64,000 bases of DNA from a virus. Position 1 is the stretch's first letter; each line of letters begins with the position of its first letter. Location: positions 64,001 through 128,000 of IMG/VR virus record IMGVR_UViG_3300047564_003843; one strand, written 5' to 3'. Of the stretch, positions 35,501 to 44,068 are shown piece by piece. A program made the translations under genes and the position numbers. Below the pieces are notes generated by a model that was given only the letters and a program-made list of their open reading frames with translations, searched no databases and was not told the origin of the DNA.

Positions 35501-35633
35501 ATCAAACTCAATCCTTGGCGGAGACTCTATCTTCCCAGATGGTCCAGACATCTTGACAATTGCAGTGTCTAGGTTGACTGGTAGTTCTACACTAACTTCA
35601 GCGAAGATGTCATGGGCAGAAGCTCAGGCGTAG
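29520..35633 (+). CDS. Giant virion structural/adhesin protein (2037 aa)
   Basis: Gly-rich domain, many HGF..G..V.Y..GL....YYV repeats, C-terminal RQTRKYFRYQSGKG..YSWYGAG lectin-like region. Confidence 0.75.
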   Translation: MPIDVTAAGAAGTHTFAKVNVNLDEDFIYFKNTAPNVIPAALAPGVAFLYTSGVGSVTGFTENGLVYVTTAEPKKLKFSTTSGGAAINFTDSMAGSIKFNTPIVYANKLNLDASTPTNQAVKYFTNGEPLTGLTSGDTYFLKNVSISEFAGSQSLYPFSSHTFTTCGLTGRTGPTQTQMRTSYSTTWDDTYISQGAFVGYQDWTVPVSGIYRFNVRGAAGYDGTGSGTPGRGAIVEADIALTKGEVITIIVGQRGAAPSSGTLWGGGGGGTYVVRKTGNEPLFVAGGGSGESNTGPGRDGVLTKLGGTSTNNQPAGGTSGFGGRATNPNGYSAAGGGFFSRGQNGFTFGGVPAALGGGSFLDGLTMGTNTLVGGYGGFGGGGQADGNRVGQSGGGGGYSGGGGARSTTANQSGGGGGSFIATTSTNVKTSTGFFDGANSFNGSLIQNLASYNTAEGQVAVTLISSFTTGNTIHPTAQDAENGTNAIAVEPAGSSYHSFVPINFDVQNDQIHSAAPHTLTNGEAVQVSFNATPPTGIQNNGIYYINTVNAFTYRLSTTPSPSFTNINLISPSSREVATTAKLSRVVVNTATDTLTINNHGFLVDQPLRYQVGDGTAIAPLIDQATYYVAEVLNANQIRLKSSLNSPTYINFTSAGTGTGHSFIFLTVNALEDTLYIPNHGLVSGQAIRYSKGLVGNTVIPGLTDNFTYYIVKVDNSIVRLATNKALTVIANITNQEPWPATGTHSLFITSLDYATETITLPSHGFLQGELVEYDTKGQAAVNGLTTATPYYVIFVDGDNIKLATTPENADAGTAVNLTDTPIGVGRHTLRSLSKTPDGIYTITSTPSPQTFTVEAAGNVPIITKVFNPRGAVDLELNTFFIPSHGFTTGTEVTYEQGDDATDIGGITNNTQYYVVAINRDYLRLSTSNENAAAGITLNITDWGTGVGHKLITDQINGNVTGSGTVSVVSGSVLVNGTGTAFSKILKVGDRFRLFPPNTTKQHGTLVFAAGDVNASTNLITKSHTFTTGTQVVFSAGGGSAPAPLVEGATYFVRAVTAGATISLHPTSTDATNNTNIVDITTTGTGSNFQLAAVIKTFADADVNTTNNRIVKTHNFATGDVVKFATNGGVAPTPLVDGYYYYVRAVSNTEITLHTTLNDANNNLQAIDFSTQGTGTGFTLTNTIPVGPIIRKITAIGSDTQITVDRPYANAYSAVSYSYPTFVYVRPQGYSLHRPFDGGVEMSVGSKTSFGQIVRQTRKYFRYQSGKGIQSSCGVNFQPSIDLESMVQFSSLQVECKTRRPHGLVSGLFIAVNGAEDSYGNTSTVYNGEFQVTVVNLTTFRFTASQPIVENRAYGFPQFYVREWENGAVREGMFDFQNGAFFEFDGEAIYCVRRSSTQQLAGTASALQGSELIFGNNTAFQAQLAVGDYIVMRGQSYRIAEIESDTRMAVRPEYKGSSGTEKEFNPQTQVNTTTDIISIIGHGFSNRLPVVYNSIDGEPIGGMINGRTYYIDLINNNTFKLLADPDATVNVDLSSTGTTTVHSFVPAKSGIVMTKTVDTRVPQSQWNIDICDGSGPTGYNLDISRIQMAYIDYSWYGAGKIRFGFKTVDGQVQYVHEFVHNNNLFESYFRSGNLPGRYEVVTYENPTYIPYLFHWGTSVIMDGRFDDDNAYLFTGSSQTLNVPGTTAKSFASSGINLTTDLFTVQSHGFSTGDTLQFQSIATNGFPGTNSLNPATQIIGSNTRANLTNDSLYGVLVNSPNFIHLTPPNVTISRGTGYAINPQTIQSAQTGTTVTITTTQPHGLTTGMYAGIYGSSRVPNGPFYVTRTSDTVFTYTATNVATPVTAANDPNIIISEVINFTSQGNTQYTYFLYPNGSLNNTSGPNYQPLLSIRLSPSVSEGLTGKLGDRDVLNRMQLRLQEIGVSTTQLVDVKVLLNPRLNNLNFVGVDSPSLTQIVEHTAQDTVSGGVQVYNFRAAGGAAGAEDTTVVDVSTLFELSNSILGGDSIFPDGPDILTIAVSRLTGSSTLTSAKMSWAEAQA

Positions 35634-35642
35634 GAGAGACAC

Positions 35643-38024
35643 ATGCCAATTCAGCGACTTGGGATTTCAAACCCTGCGGCTAACACTGACACTGTACTTG
35701 CAACATTTTCTGAGGCACACCTTGTCTCGGTTATTGTTGCTAGCAGAGCAGTTGTAGCTGTACCAGCTTGTAAAGTAAGTATTTGGATTGCTCCAGCTAA
35801 TGCTGTTCAGCAATCAAATTTTGCATACATTGCTTTCAACCTTGATATCCCTGTTGGTTCTTCCTTCGAGACTTTCCGTTTTGCAGTAAATCCAGGAGAT
35901 ACTCTTTGGGTACGTTCAGCTGTACCAACTACTTCCTTTAGTTGCGTAGGTATTGCTCAAGAAGATTCAGCTCTTCCAGAAAACATAACTCAGACATTCA
36001 CAAACAAAGAAATTCGTGGTCTTTACAACACTATTTATGTAGACATTGGAACAACTTCAGAACGTCGTAGTTCTGCTGAAGTTGGTTATGTTCGTTTTAA
36101 TACTGAACTTAATAGTGGAAATGGTGCTTTAGAGCAGAAGACTTCAAACGGCTGGGAAATTGTTGGAACAGGTGTAACATCTGGCCCAACTGGCGCTACT
36201 GGCCCAGTTGGTGCAACAGGAGCAACTGGCCCTTCTGGAGGCCCTACTGGACCTACAGGCTCTACAGGCCCAACTGGTGCTACTGGTCCTGTTGGTTTAG
36301 GTGGTAATGAAGGTCCTTTAGGTCCTACTGGTCCTGCTGGTCCAGCTGGTCCTCAAGCAACATCTGTAAATATTTTAGGCTCCGTAGAAAATGTTGGAGC
36401 ACTACCTCTTACTGCAGCAGAAGTTGCTGATGCGTATGTAGTTTTAAGTACTGGTGATGTTTATGCTTGGACTGGAACAGAGTGGCAGAGTTTAGGACCA
36501 CTTATTGGTCCTACGGGCCCAACAGGTGCAACTGGCGCTGCAAGCACAGTGGCTGGTCCAACTGGACCAACTGGTGCGCAAGGATTAGTTGGGCCTCAAG
36601 GTGCTACAGGTCCTCAAGGTGCTGACTCTGTAGTTCCAGGACCTACGGGCCCAACGGGAGCTACTGGTCCTGTAAGCACAGTGGCTGGTCCAACTGGATC
36701 AACTGGTCCTACTGGACCAATAGGTCTTCAAGGACCAGCTGGTACAAATATAACTGTAAAAGGATCTGTTGCGGATGTTGCATCACTACCTTCTTCTGGA
36801 AACACAACTGGTGATGCATATATAACTCTTGATACTGGAAATACTTATTTCTGGACTGGTTCCGCTTGGGTAAATATTGGATTAATTGCAGGACCAGTGG
36901 GTCCAACAGGTGCAACTGGTGCAGTAGGTGCTACAGGTCCAACAGGATCTACAGGCCCATCAGGTGGACCAACTGGTCCAACAGGCCCAGCGGGACCTAT
37001 AGGACCTGCTGGAACTTCAAACGTGGCTGTAGTGGAAACTACAGATTCAACAACTTTTGTTGGTTTGTATGAAAACATAACTGGTACACAAGGTGGCGTA
37101 ACAAACCAAGGTATTAAATATGATGCTTCAACACAAAAGTTTATTGTCACTCAAATTGAAACATCTCAAATTTTGCCACCTTCTAGTGGCACTGGAACTT
37201 TTACTATAAGTTCTCCAACAACTTTAACTTTGTCTGCACAAAGCGAAGTTATTACAGATGCACCATTCCAGCTTCTCAGTGCAACTCTTACGGAGTTAAC
37301 AACTTTAGTTGCTACGGCTGGTTCAATTATTTATGTAACTGATGCTCCTTTAGGTTCTCAGTTGTACTACTACGATGGACTTCAATGGGTTGAAATTGAA
37401 GGAACTGGTCAAGGACCTACGGGACCTACAGGTGCTACTGGTCCTTCTGGTGGCCCAACTGGTCCAGAAGGACCAACTGGCCCAACAGGTGCCACTGGAC
37501 CATCAGTAACTGGTGCGACTGGAGCACAGGGTATTACTGGTCCAACAGGCTCTACAGGACCAACTGGTCCTACTGGAGCAACTGGTCCTGCTGGAACAAC
37601 TAACTTCAATTCTCTTAATGATATAACTGCAGCTTCAGTAACAATTGATGAAATTGCAGAGTCAGCTATGGCTAAATTAACTGTTGTAAATAATGCAACA
37701 GTAGCTTATAGATTTACAAGTCATTATGGAACCACAAATAATCCAGTTATTTATGTTATCTCTGGAACAACAATTGCATTTAATCTTGCTAATGCTGGAC
37801 ACCCATTTGCTATTCAAACAGCAGACGGTAACAACTACAGTGAAGGTTTAATTCATGTTGATACTAATGGTGTAGTTTCTACTGATTCAAACGCTCAAGG
37901 AAAAACTTCTGGAACTTTGTATTGGAGGGTTCGTCAAGGAATTTCTGGTGGATATAGATATCAATGTCTATCCCACCCAGGAATGGGCGGAACTATTGCT
38001 ATCCGAGAAATCTCTACAATCTAA
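35643..38024 (+). CDS. Collagen-like fibre protein with a C-terminal cupredoxin-like domain
   Basis: G-X-Y runs; GHPFAI...[11 protein letters not shown]. Confidence 0.8.
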   Translation: MPIQRLGISNPAANTDTVLATFSEAHLVSVIVASRAVVAVPACKVSIWIAPANAVQQSNFAYIAFNLDIPVGSSFETFRFAVNPGDTLWVRSAVPTTSFSCVGIAQEDSALPENITQTFTNKEIRGLYNTIYVDIGTTSERRSSAEVGYVRFNTELNSGNGALEQKTSNGWEIVGTGVTSGPTGATGPVGATGATGPSGGPTGPTGSTGPTGATGPVGLGGNEGPLGPTGPAGPAGPQATSVNILGSVENVGALPLTAAEVADAYVVLSTGDVYAWTGTEWQSLGPLIGPTGPTGATGAASTVAGPTGPTGAQGLVGPQGATGPQGADSVVPGPTGPTGATGPVSTVAGPTGSTGPTGPIGLQGPAGTNITVKGSVADVASLPSSGNTTGDAYITLDTGNTYFWTGSAWVNIGLIAGPVGPTGATGAVGATGPTGSTGPSGGPTGPTGPAGPIGPAGTSNVAVVETTDSTTFVGLYENITGTQGGVTNQGIKYDASTQKFIVTQIETSQILPPSSGTGTFTISSPTTLTLSAQSEVITDAPFQLLSATLTELTTLVATAGSIIYVTDAPLGSQLYYYDGLQWVEIEGTGQGPTGPTGATGPSGGPTGPEGPTGPTGATGPSVTGATGAQGITGPTGSTGPTGPTGATGPAGTTNFNSLNDITAASVTIDEIAESAMAKLTVVNNATVAYRFTSHYGTTNNPVIYVISGTTIAFNLANAGHPFAIQTADGNNYSEGLIHVDTNGVVSTDSNAQGKTSGTLYWRVRQGISGGYRYQCLSHPGMGGTIAIREISTI

Positions 38025-38036
38025 TAGGACTGGTAG

Positions 38037-39623
38037 ATGAGTGATTATAAAGAATACACAGTCACTACAGAGAGTATGGAAATTACCGACTCTGTGTGGG
38101 AAGACTTGGTGTCTCCAAATAGTATTCTAGAAACTATCCCAGATAGACCTGTAGAAGTCGCTAATGAGAGACCATCTAACCCCTGCAATACGTCTTACTG
38201 GCTAACCGATGAAGAAGCAATGGCTCTTCGAGAAGACCCTCGTATTGTTGATGTTCAAGATTTAAGTATTTTTAAGCCAACAAAATTTGCTTTTCAAGAA
38301 GGAAATTTTGACAAGTTAAGCACGCAAACTGGAGCTAAAGCCAACTGGGGTTTATTAAGACATTCAAATTTAAGTAATCTCTATGGCAATCAATTAGGTG
38401 ATCCAGGTGGAACTTACGATTATGTGTTAGATGGTACTGGTGTTGATGTAGTAATTATCGATAGTGGGATTCAAACAAATCATCCAGAATTTACAGAAGT
38501 AAGTAACCCATCAGCCAGTAGAGTTAATCCAATAGATTGGTTTGCTGTTAGTGGAGTTTCTGGCTCTATGCCATCAGGGTTTTATCAAGATTATGACGGA
38601 CACGGTACACATGTTGCAGCAACAGTTGCTGGTAAAACTTTTGGCTGGGCAAAAAATGCTCAAATTTTTTCTATAAAGTTAGAAGGTCTTAGGTCACCTC
38701 TTGATCCAGGTCAAGGTTTAGATACAGCTACAGCTTTTGATGTTTTAGTAGGTTGGCATAACAATAAAACAAATGGAAGACCAACTGTTGTCTGCAACAG
38801 CTGGGGATATGGAATCTTTCATAGAGCAGATTTAGAAGCTTTTTCTTTTGGATTAGATGAGAATGACACATTGTTTGGAATTAGTGGTGGTTCTTATAGA
38901 GGAGTTACTTGGAGTGGAGGAACCTTAGACCCTAATAAAGGTCATACAGGTGCTTTAGTAGCTCCAAGTACTTATTTTTATCCTTACAGGGTCTCTGCTG
39001 TAGATGCTGATATTACTATAGGAGCTAATGCTGGAATTTTATTTTGTAATGCTGCTGGAAACAATTATTTAAAAATTGATGTACAAGGTGGAGTAGATTA
39101 CAATAATTACATATCAACAGACTTTGGATTTTATTATTACCACAGGGGTGGTACACCAGCTAGAAATATTAGCGTCCCAGACAAAGTTTTTACTGTTGGA
39201 GCGCTAGACCACACAACTCAAGGTATTGTAGATAGAAAAGCAAGTTTTAGTAACTCTGGACCAGGTGTTAATATTTATGCAGCTGGATCTAGAATTATTA
39301 GCGCTATGAGTGCAGTAAATGATGACAACAGTAACTTTGCTTATTTTTTAAACAACTCATTTAAACAGCAGCTTCTATCTGGAACTTCAATGGCTGCTCC
39401 TCAGGTGGCAGGGGTTGCTGCCCTCGTGTTCCAAATGCACCCAGACTGGGACCCTCGAAGGGTTATTGCTTTTATAAAAAATAAATCTTTAGACCAAGTT
39501 TATAAGACCAATTTAGACGATGACTATACAAACACTGCTAGTATCCATGGAGGGGCTAATGATCTATTGTATGTCCCTATGGCCTCCCAGCGTGTCTTTT
39601 CATTCTTTAAGGCTACAGTCTAG
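38037..39623 (+). CDS. Subtilisin-like (S8) serine protease
   Basis: Triad motifs VVIIDSG, HGTHVA, GTSMAAP; oxyanion AAGN; N-terminal propeptide-like region with no signal peptide. Confidence 0.93.
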   Translation: MSDYKEYTVTTESMEITDSVWEDLVSPNSILETIPDRPVEVANERPSNPCNTSYWLTDEEAMALREDPRIVDVQDLSIFKPTKFAFQEGNFDKLSTQTGAKANWGLLRHSNLSNLYGNQLGDPGGTYDYVLDGTGVDVVIIDSGIQTNHPEFTEVSNPSASRVNPIDWFAVSGVSGSMPSGFYQDYDGHGTHVAATVAGKTFGWAKNAQIFSIKLEGLRSPLDPGQGLDTATAFDVLVGWHNNKTNGRPTVVCNSWGYGIFHRADLEAFSFGLDENDTLFGISGGSYRGVTWSGGTLDPNKGHTGALVAPSTYFYPYRVSAVDADITIGANAGILFCNAAGNNYLKIDVQGGVDYNNYISTDFGFYYYHRGGTPARNISVPDKVFTVGALDHTTQGIVDRKASFSNSGPGVNIYAAGSRIISAMSAVNDDNSNFAYFLNNSFKQQLLSGTSMAAPQVAGVAALVFQMHPDWDPRRVIAFIKNKSLDQVYKTNLDDDYTNTASIHGGANDLLYVPMASQRVFSFFKATV

Positions 39624-39676
39624 GGAGATGAAGGTATAATTATGATGAAAAGTGTAGACGCAGTAAGGAGAGACAT

Positions 39677-41263
39677 ATGGCAGTAAAACGTTTAGGTGTA
39701 GCCACCCCTAACTCCACCGTTCCTACCCTTTTGGCCACTAACGATACTAGCGGTGTCGCCTCAGTTATTGTTTCAAATCGAGCAAATATAGCCAGTCTTG
39801 TAACAATTTATGTAGAGCCTTCAGACTCTTTAGGAGTAGAGGGAAGTCGTGGCTATATTGTTGACAATCTATCTGTAGATGTCGGTCAGTCTTTTGAAAC
39901 CTTTAGATTTGCATTAAATGTTGGAGACCAAATATGGGTCAAATCTTCAACCTCTCTTGCCAATTTTTCTTGCACTCTTTTGTATGACCAAGCTGGAAAA
40001 TCAAATGTAATTTACTCACCTACTCAACCTGGTTTCCCATCAATAGGTGATATTTGGATTGATTCGGAAACAGAAGAAGTTAATGTTTATGTAGGAGATG
40101 GTTTTAATACTATTGCTACAGTTGCACCTACTGGACCTACTGGTCCTGCTGGTCCATTCGGACCTACTGGTCCTTCTGGTCCAACTGGTCCACAAGGTTC
40201 AAGTGTTCGTATCCTTGGAACTTATTCAACTCTTCAACTTCTTCAAGCAGATAACCCAATCGGTGCAATTGGTGATGCTTATGTTGTCGGTCAAGAATTT
40301 GTATATGCATGGTCTGATTTAAATCAAGAGTGGGCATTAGTTGGTCCAATTGGTGTAACTGGTCCAACGGGAGCAACTGGTGCACAAGGTCCGCAAGGTA
40401 TCGGTGGTGCAGATGGTGGTACTGGTCCAACAGGTCCCGCAGGTGAGCCAGGTGGACCAACAGGTGCTGCAGGTCCAACTGGTGTAGCAGGTCCAACGGG
40501 TCCAGAAGGCCCAACTGGTCCAGAAGGTCCAACGGGTCCAACTGGAAGTATTGGAGCTACAGGAATTGAAATTGGAGCTACTCCACCAGCAAATGTTGGC
40601 CTACTATGGGTTGACACAACTCAAGATGCAGCAATTTTACCTCACTCGCAGACTCATACAGTGGGTGGAAGTGACCAACTCACATTGTCTTCATCTCAGA
40701 TATCTGGATTAGATACAAAGTTATCCGAGTTAGATATTTTGACCAGCGGCGAATCAAGCATTGATAGAAAAGCAGCTCTTACAGGTATTTCATATGGTTC
40801 CTCTGGTAACGTCCTTTTAACTTATAGAAGAGCTACAAAAACTGAAACTGTGACAAAACTTCAAGCAGCTTGTGGTACTGCAGCTGGAGCTACCCCAACT
40901 CTTATTAAATTTGGTGTTTATTCTGTAAATGAATCTACTGGAGAGCTAACAAGAGTGGCTATTACAGCAAGCGATACTTCTGTTTTTGCTACTTCTAACA
41001 CTGGATATGAACTTACTTTAACAACCCCTTGGGAAAAACAAGCTGGTGTTATGTATGCATATGCTCTTCTTATCGTTAGTGCTCAGACTCTTCCTACAAT
41101 TGTTGGATTTGCTCACGCATCCTCCGCAGCTGTGAACGCAATATTGGCTCTTCCACCAAGAATAACTGGAACAGTTCCAGCTCAAACAGATTTACCAGAT
41201 ACTGTTGCTGGTGGCTCCGTTAGCGTATCCAACCGTGCTATTTGGATGCACGCTCTTCCATAG
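39677..41263 (+). CDS. Collagen-like fibre protein (N-terminus paralogous to 35643)
   Basis: M.V/I.RLG...[14 protein letters not shown] shared with 35643; G-X-Y runs. Confidence 0.85.
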   Translation: MAVKRLGVATPNSTVPTLLATNDTSGVASVIVSNRANIASLVTIYVEPSDSLGVEGSRGYIVDNLSVDVGQSFETFRFALNVGDQIWVKSSTSLANFSCTLLYDQAGKSNVIYSPTQPGFPSIGDIWIDSETEEVNVYVGDGFNTIATVAPTGPTGPAGPFGPTGPSGPTGPQGSSVRILGTYSTLQLLQADNPIGAIGDAYVVGQEFVYAWSDLNQEWALVGPIGVTGPTGATGAQGPQGIGGADGGTGPTGPAGEPGGPTGAAGPTGVAGPTGPEGPTGPEGPTGPTGSIGATGIEIGATPPANVGLLWVDTTQDAAILPHSQTHTVGGSDQLTLSSSQISGLDTKLSELDILTSGESSIDRKAALTGISYGSSGNVLLTYRRATKTETVTKLQAACGTAAGATPTLIKFGVYSVNESTGELTRVAITASDTSVFATSNTGYELTLTTPWEKQAGVMYAYALLIVSAQTLPTIVGFAHASSAAVNAILALPPRITGTVPAQTDLPDTVAGGSVSVSNRAIWMHALP

Positions 41264-41276
41264 GAATAGGTGAAAA

Positions 41277-41738
41277 ATGCCAATTATAAAGAAATATAAC
41301 TTAGATACCACTATCTGGGAACCTGTTGCTGTTGGAGCTACTGGACCTACAGGTCCTATTGGAGTTTTGGGAGCTACAGGACCAACAGGACCAACGGGCC
41401 CGACAGGACCTCAAGGAGATTGGTCTACAGCTCAGGTAGTTGTTACAAAAAGTGCATCTTTTGATTTAGAGCTTTCTGATGCTGGAAAAATTTTAAAATG
41501 CGACAGTGGAGCTTCTCTAGCTGCAACTATACCTACAGCAGCTACTGCTGCTTTTGTTATTGGACAAAAGATAGACTTTTTACAATATGGAGCTGGTCAG
41601 CTAACTGTTGGCGGAGCTACTGGAGTTACAGTTCGATCTACACCAACCAATAGACTTCGCACTCAATACTCTGTCGCATCTGCGATAAAGATTGCTGAGA
41701 ACGAATGGATTTTGGTTGGAGATTTGGCGCTGAGCTAA
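41277..41738 (+). CDS. Short collagen fibre/adaptor protein
   Basis: Short G-X-Y run; C-terminal domain (..QYSVASAIK..WILVGDL) paralogous to the C-terminus of 23031. Confidence 0.8.
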   Translation: MPIIKKYNLDTTIWEPVAVGATGPTGPIGVLGATGPTGPTGPTGPQGDWSTAQVVVTKSASFDLELSDAGKILKCDSGASLAATIPTAATAAFVIGQKIDFLQYGAGQLTVGGATGVTVRSTPTNRLRTQYSVASAIKIAENEWILVGDLALS

Positions 41739-41739
41739 A

Positions 41740-42369
41740 ATGCCAGTAAATGTTGGATTTGTAGGTGCAGCTGGTTCTCTTAAAGACAGAGCAAAACCTA
41801 GAGAGCTTGGCTATAGAGTTAACTACATTAAAAATCCTAGTTTTGAAGTTTCAGTTGCAGACTGGGCACCTTTTGCTGGAACTACTTTAGAAAGAACCAC
41901 TTCTGAATTTAATACTGGTTCTGCCTGTTTAAAAGTAACTAATACTTCTGGTGGTGGAGCTCAAAATGTAACAAGAATTCCATTTTTTAATCCTAACGAT
42001 GTATGGCATATAAGTGCCTATGTAAAGCTTGAATTAGGGAATGAAAATGCTACTTACTATTTGAGACATTTACAGTATGTAACAGAATCATCCAGCGCTG
42101 CTGTTGCTAGTGGTAATATAGGAGTGCAAAGTTTAACCGATGCTGATGGTTGGGTAAGATTAAGCGGCTCTTTTCAAAAAAACCCAAGTGCCAACTTTTT
42201 TCTAATGAGAGTTGTGACCACCTCTGCTTCAAATACAGATGTTTTTTATGTAGACTCTGCTTTAGCAGAGTATTCTGCCGATTTAAACCCATATTTTGAT
42301 GGCTCATATAATGGATTCTGGTCTGGCGAGCCTAATAACAGTTTTAGTGGTGCTACCCCCTACATTTAG
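41740..42369 (+). CDS. Carbohydrate-binding (CBM4/9-like) domain protein
   Basis: NYIKNPSFE..W, SAYVK, WVRLS, FYVD, PYFDG. Confidence 0.65.
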   Translation: MPVNVGFVGAAGSLKDRAKPRELGYRVNYIKNPSFEVSVADWAPFAGTTLERTTSEFNTGSACLKVTNTSGGGAQNVTRIPFFNPNDVWHISAYVKLELGNENATYYLRHLQYVTESSSAAVASGNIGVQSLTDADGWVRLSGSFQKNPSANFFLMRVVTTSASNTDVFYVDSALAEYSADLNPYFDGSYNGFWSGEPNNSFSGATPYI

Positions 42370-42406
42370 CCTATACTTTATAAACTGAAAGGACAAAAGA
42401 GACGAT

Positions 42407-42982
42407 ATGGACCTACCTAACTGGTTTGTGCAAAATGGAGTAGAAAATTTTGTTAATCATTTAACAGACTATAAAGATAAACCTACAAGGATGCTTCAAA
42501 TAGGAGCGTATACAGGAGATGCCTCCCTGTGGCTTTGGGACAATATTTTGACACACAATCCTGCTTCTGTTCTTATTGATGTTGATACTTGGCAGGGTTC
42601 TGACGAGCCTTCCCACTACGAAATGAATTGGAATACTGTAGAAAAAATTTATGATGTAAAAACCCAAGAAGGTCAGCTAAAAAGAAAAATAATAAAAGTA
42701 AAATCAACAAGCGACTGGTTTTTTAAAAATAATTTAGAAAAATACGATTTTATATATGTTGATGGGGACCACACTTCATACGGGGTTTTAAAAGACGCTA
42801 TTAACGCTTTTGAGTGTTTAAATGTTGGCGGCATATTAGCTTTTGATGATTACAGATGGTCAGCAGGATTAGGTATATTAAAAGAGCCAAAACTAGCTAT
42901 TGATGCGTTTTCAGTAGTCAATTCAGACAAAATCGAGACAATAGTTGACGGCTATCAGCGTTGGTACAAGAGAATCGGGTAG
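42407..42982 (+). CDS. Class I SAM methyltransferase (Methyltransf_24-like)
   Basis: LQIGAYTG, VDTW, YDFIYVDGDH, GGILAFDDY. Confidence 0.85.
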   Translation: MDLPNWFVQNGVENFVNHLTDYKDKPTRMLQIGAYTGDASLWLWDNILTHNPASVLIDVDTWQGSDEPSHYEMNWNTVEKIYDVKTQEGQLKRKIIKVKSTSDWFFKNNLEKYDFIYVDGDHTSYGVLKDAINAFECLNVGGILAFDDYRWSAGLGILKEPKLAIDAFSVVNSDKIETIVDGYQRWYKRIG

Positions 42983-42991
42983 GATATAAAC

Positions 42992-44068
42992 ATGAAGGTA
43001 GCCATATACACAATAGCTTTAAACGAACGTCAATTTGTAGATACATGGTATGAAGCCGCAAAAGATGCTGATTACTTGCTAATTGCTGACACAGGGTCGA
43101 CTGATGGCACTGTAGAGCGTGCTAAAGAGCTCGGGATTAATGTTGTAGATGTTCGAGTCTCTCCTTGGAGATTTGACGATGCACGAAACGCAGCGATGGC
43201 TGCTCTGCCAATTGATATTGACATGTGCATCTCTCTTGACATGGATGAAGTAATCACTCCAAATTGGAGAGAACCACTACGCCGAGCTTGGCAAAAAGGG
43301 GTGACTCGCCCTCGCTACAAGCACATTTGGTCTTGGAATGATGATGGAACTCCTGGCCTCGAGTTTAGCTATGACCACATCCACACTCGTAAAAACTATC
43401 GTTGGCGCCATCCAGTACACGAGTGTCTGTATGTATATGGACGTGAAGAGGTTCAAGAGTGGATTGAAGATATTGAAACTCATCACCACCCAGATCCAAC
43501 TAAGTCTCGTTCACAATATCTACCTCTTCTTGCTATGTCAGTTCAAGAAGACCCTTATAACGATAGAAACGCTTTTTACTATGGCCGCGAACTTTATTTT
43601 TATGGTCAATATCAAGAAGCAGCTGTAGAACTAAAACGCCACCTCGAACTGCCTACAGCACGCTGGGCACCTGAACGTGCTGCTTCAATGAGATTTATTG
43701 GTAAGTCTTTACCTGCAGAAGCAGAAATTTGGTTCCGTAAAGCAATTGCACAAGCGCCCGGTAGACGAGAACCATTTGTAGACCTTGCAGAGCTTTACTA
43801 TCAACGCAAGGACTGGGAGAAATGCTATGAAGCTTCTAAAGATGCTATTGCAATTGTAGAAAAACCTCTCGAGTATCTTTGTGAGGCTAAAGCTTGGGGA
43901 GCAGCCCCACACGATTTCGCTGCTATTTCTGCTTTTAATTTAGGAAATTTTGAAGAAGCGGTAGAACATGCCAAGAATGCATTTAGTCTCGAGCCCGATA
44001 ACGATAGATTAAAAGCTAATCTTGATTTTTGTTTAAAAGCTTTACTACCTAAAGAAGAGAAAAAATGA
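42992..44068 (+). CDS. GT2 glycosyltransferase with C-terminal TPR repeats
   Basis: IALNE, DTGSTDGT, FDDARN, SLDMDE (DxD), WRHPVHE, FYYGREL and TPR helices. Confidence 0.9.
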   Translation: MKVAIYTIALNERQFVDTWYEAAKDADYLLIADTGSTDGTVERAKELGINVVDVRVSPWRFDDARNAAMAALPIDIDMCISLDMDEVITPNWREPLRRAWQKGVTRPRYKHIWSWNDDGTPGLEFSYDHIHTRKNYRWRHPVHECLYVYGREEVQEWIEDIETHHHPDPTKSRSQYLPLLAMSVQEDPYNDRNAFYYGRELYFYGQYQEAAVELKRHLELPTARWAPERAASMRFIGKSLPAEAEIWFRKAIAQAPGRREPFVDLAELYYQRKDWEKCYEASKDAIAIVEKPLEYLCEAKAWGAAPHDFAAISAFNLGNFEEAVEHAKNAFSLEPDNDRLKANLDFCLKALLPKEEKK

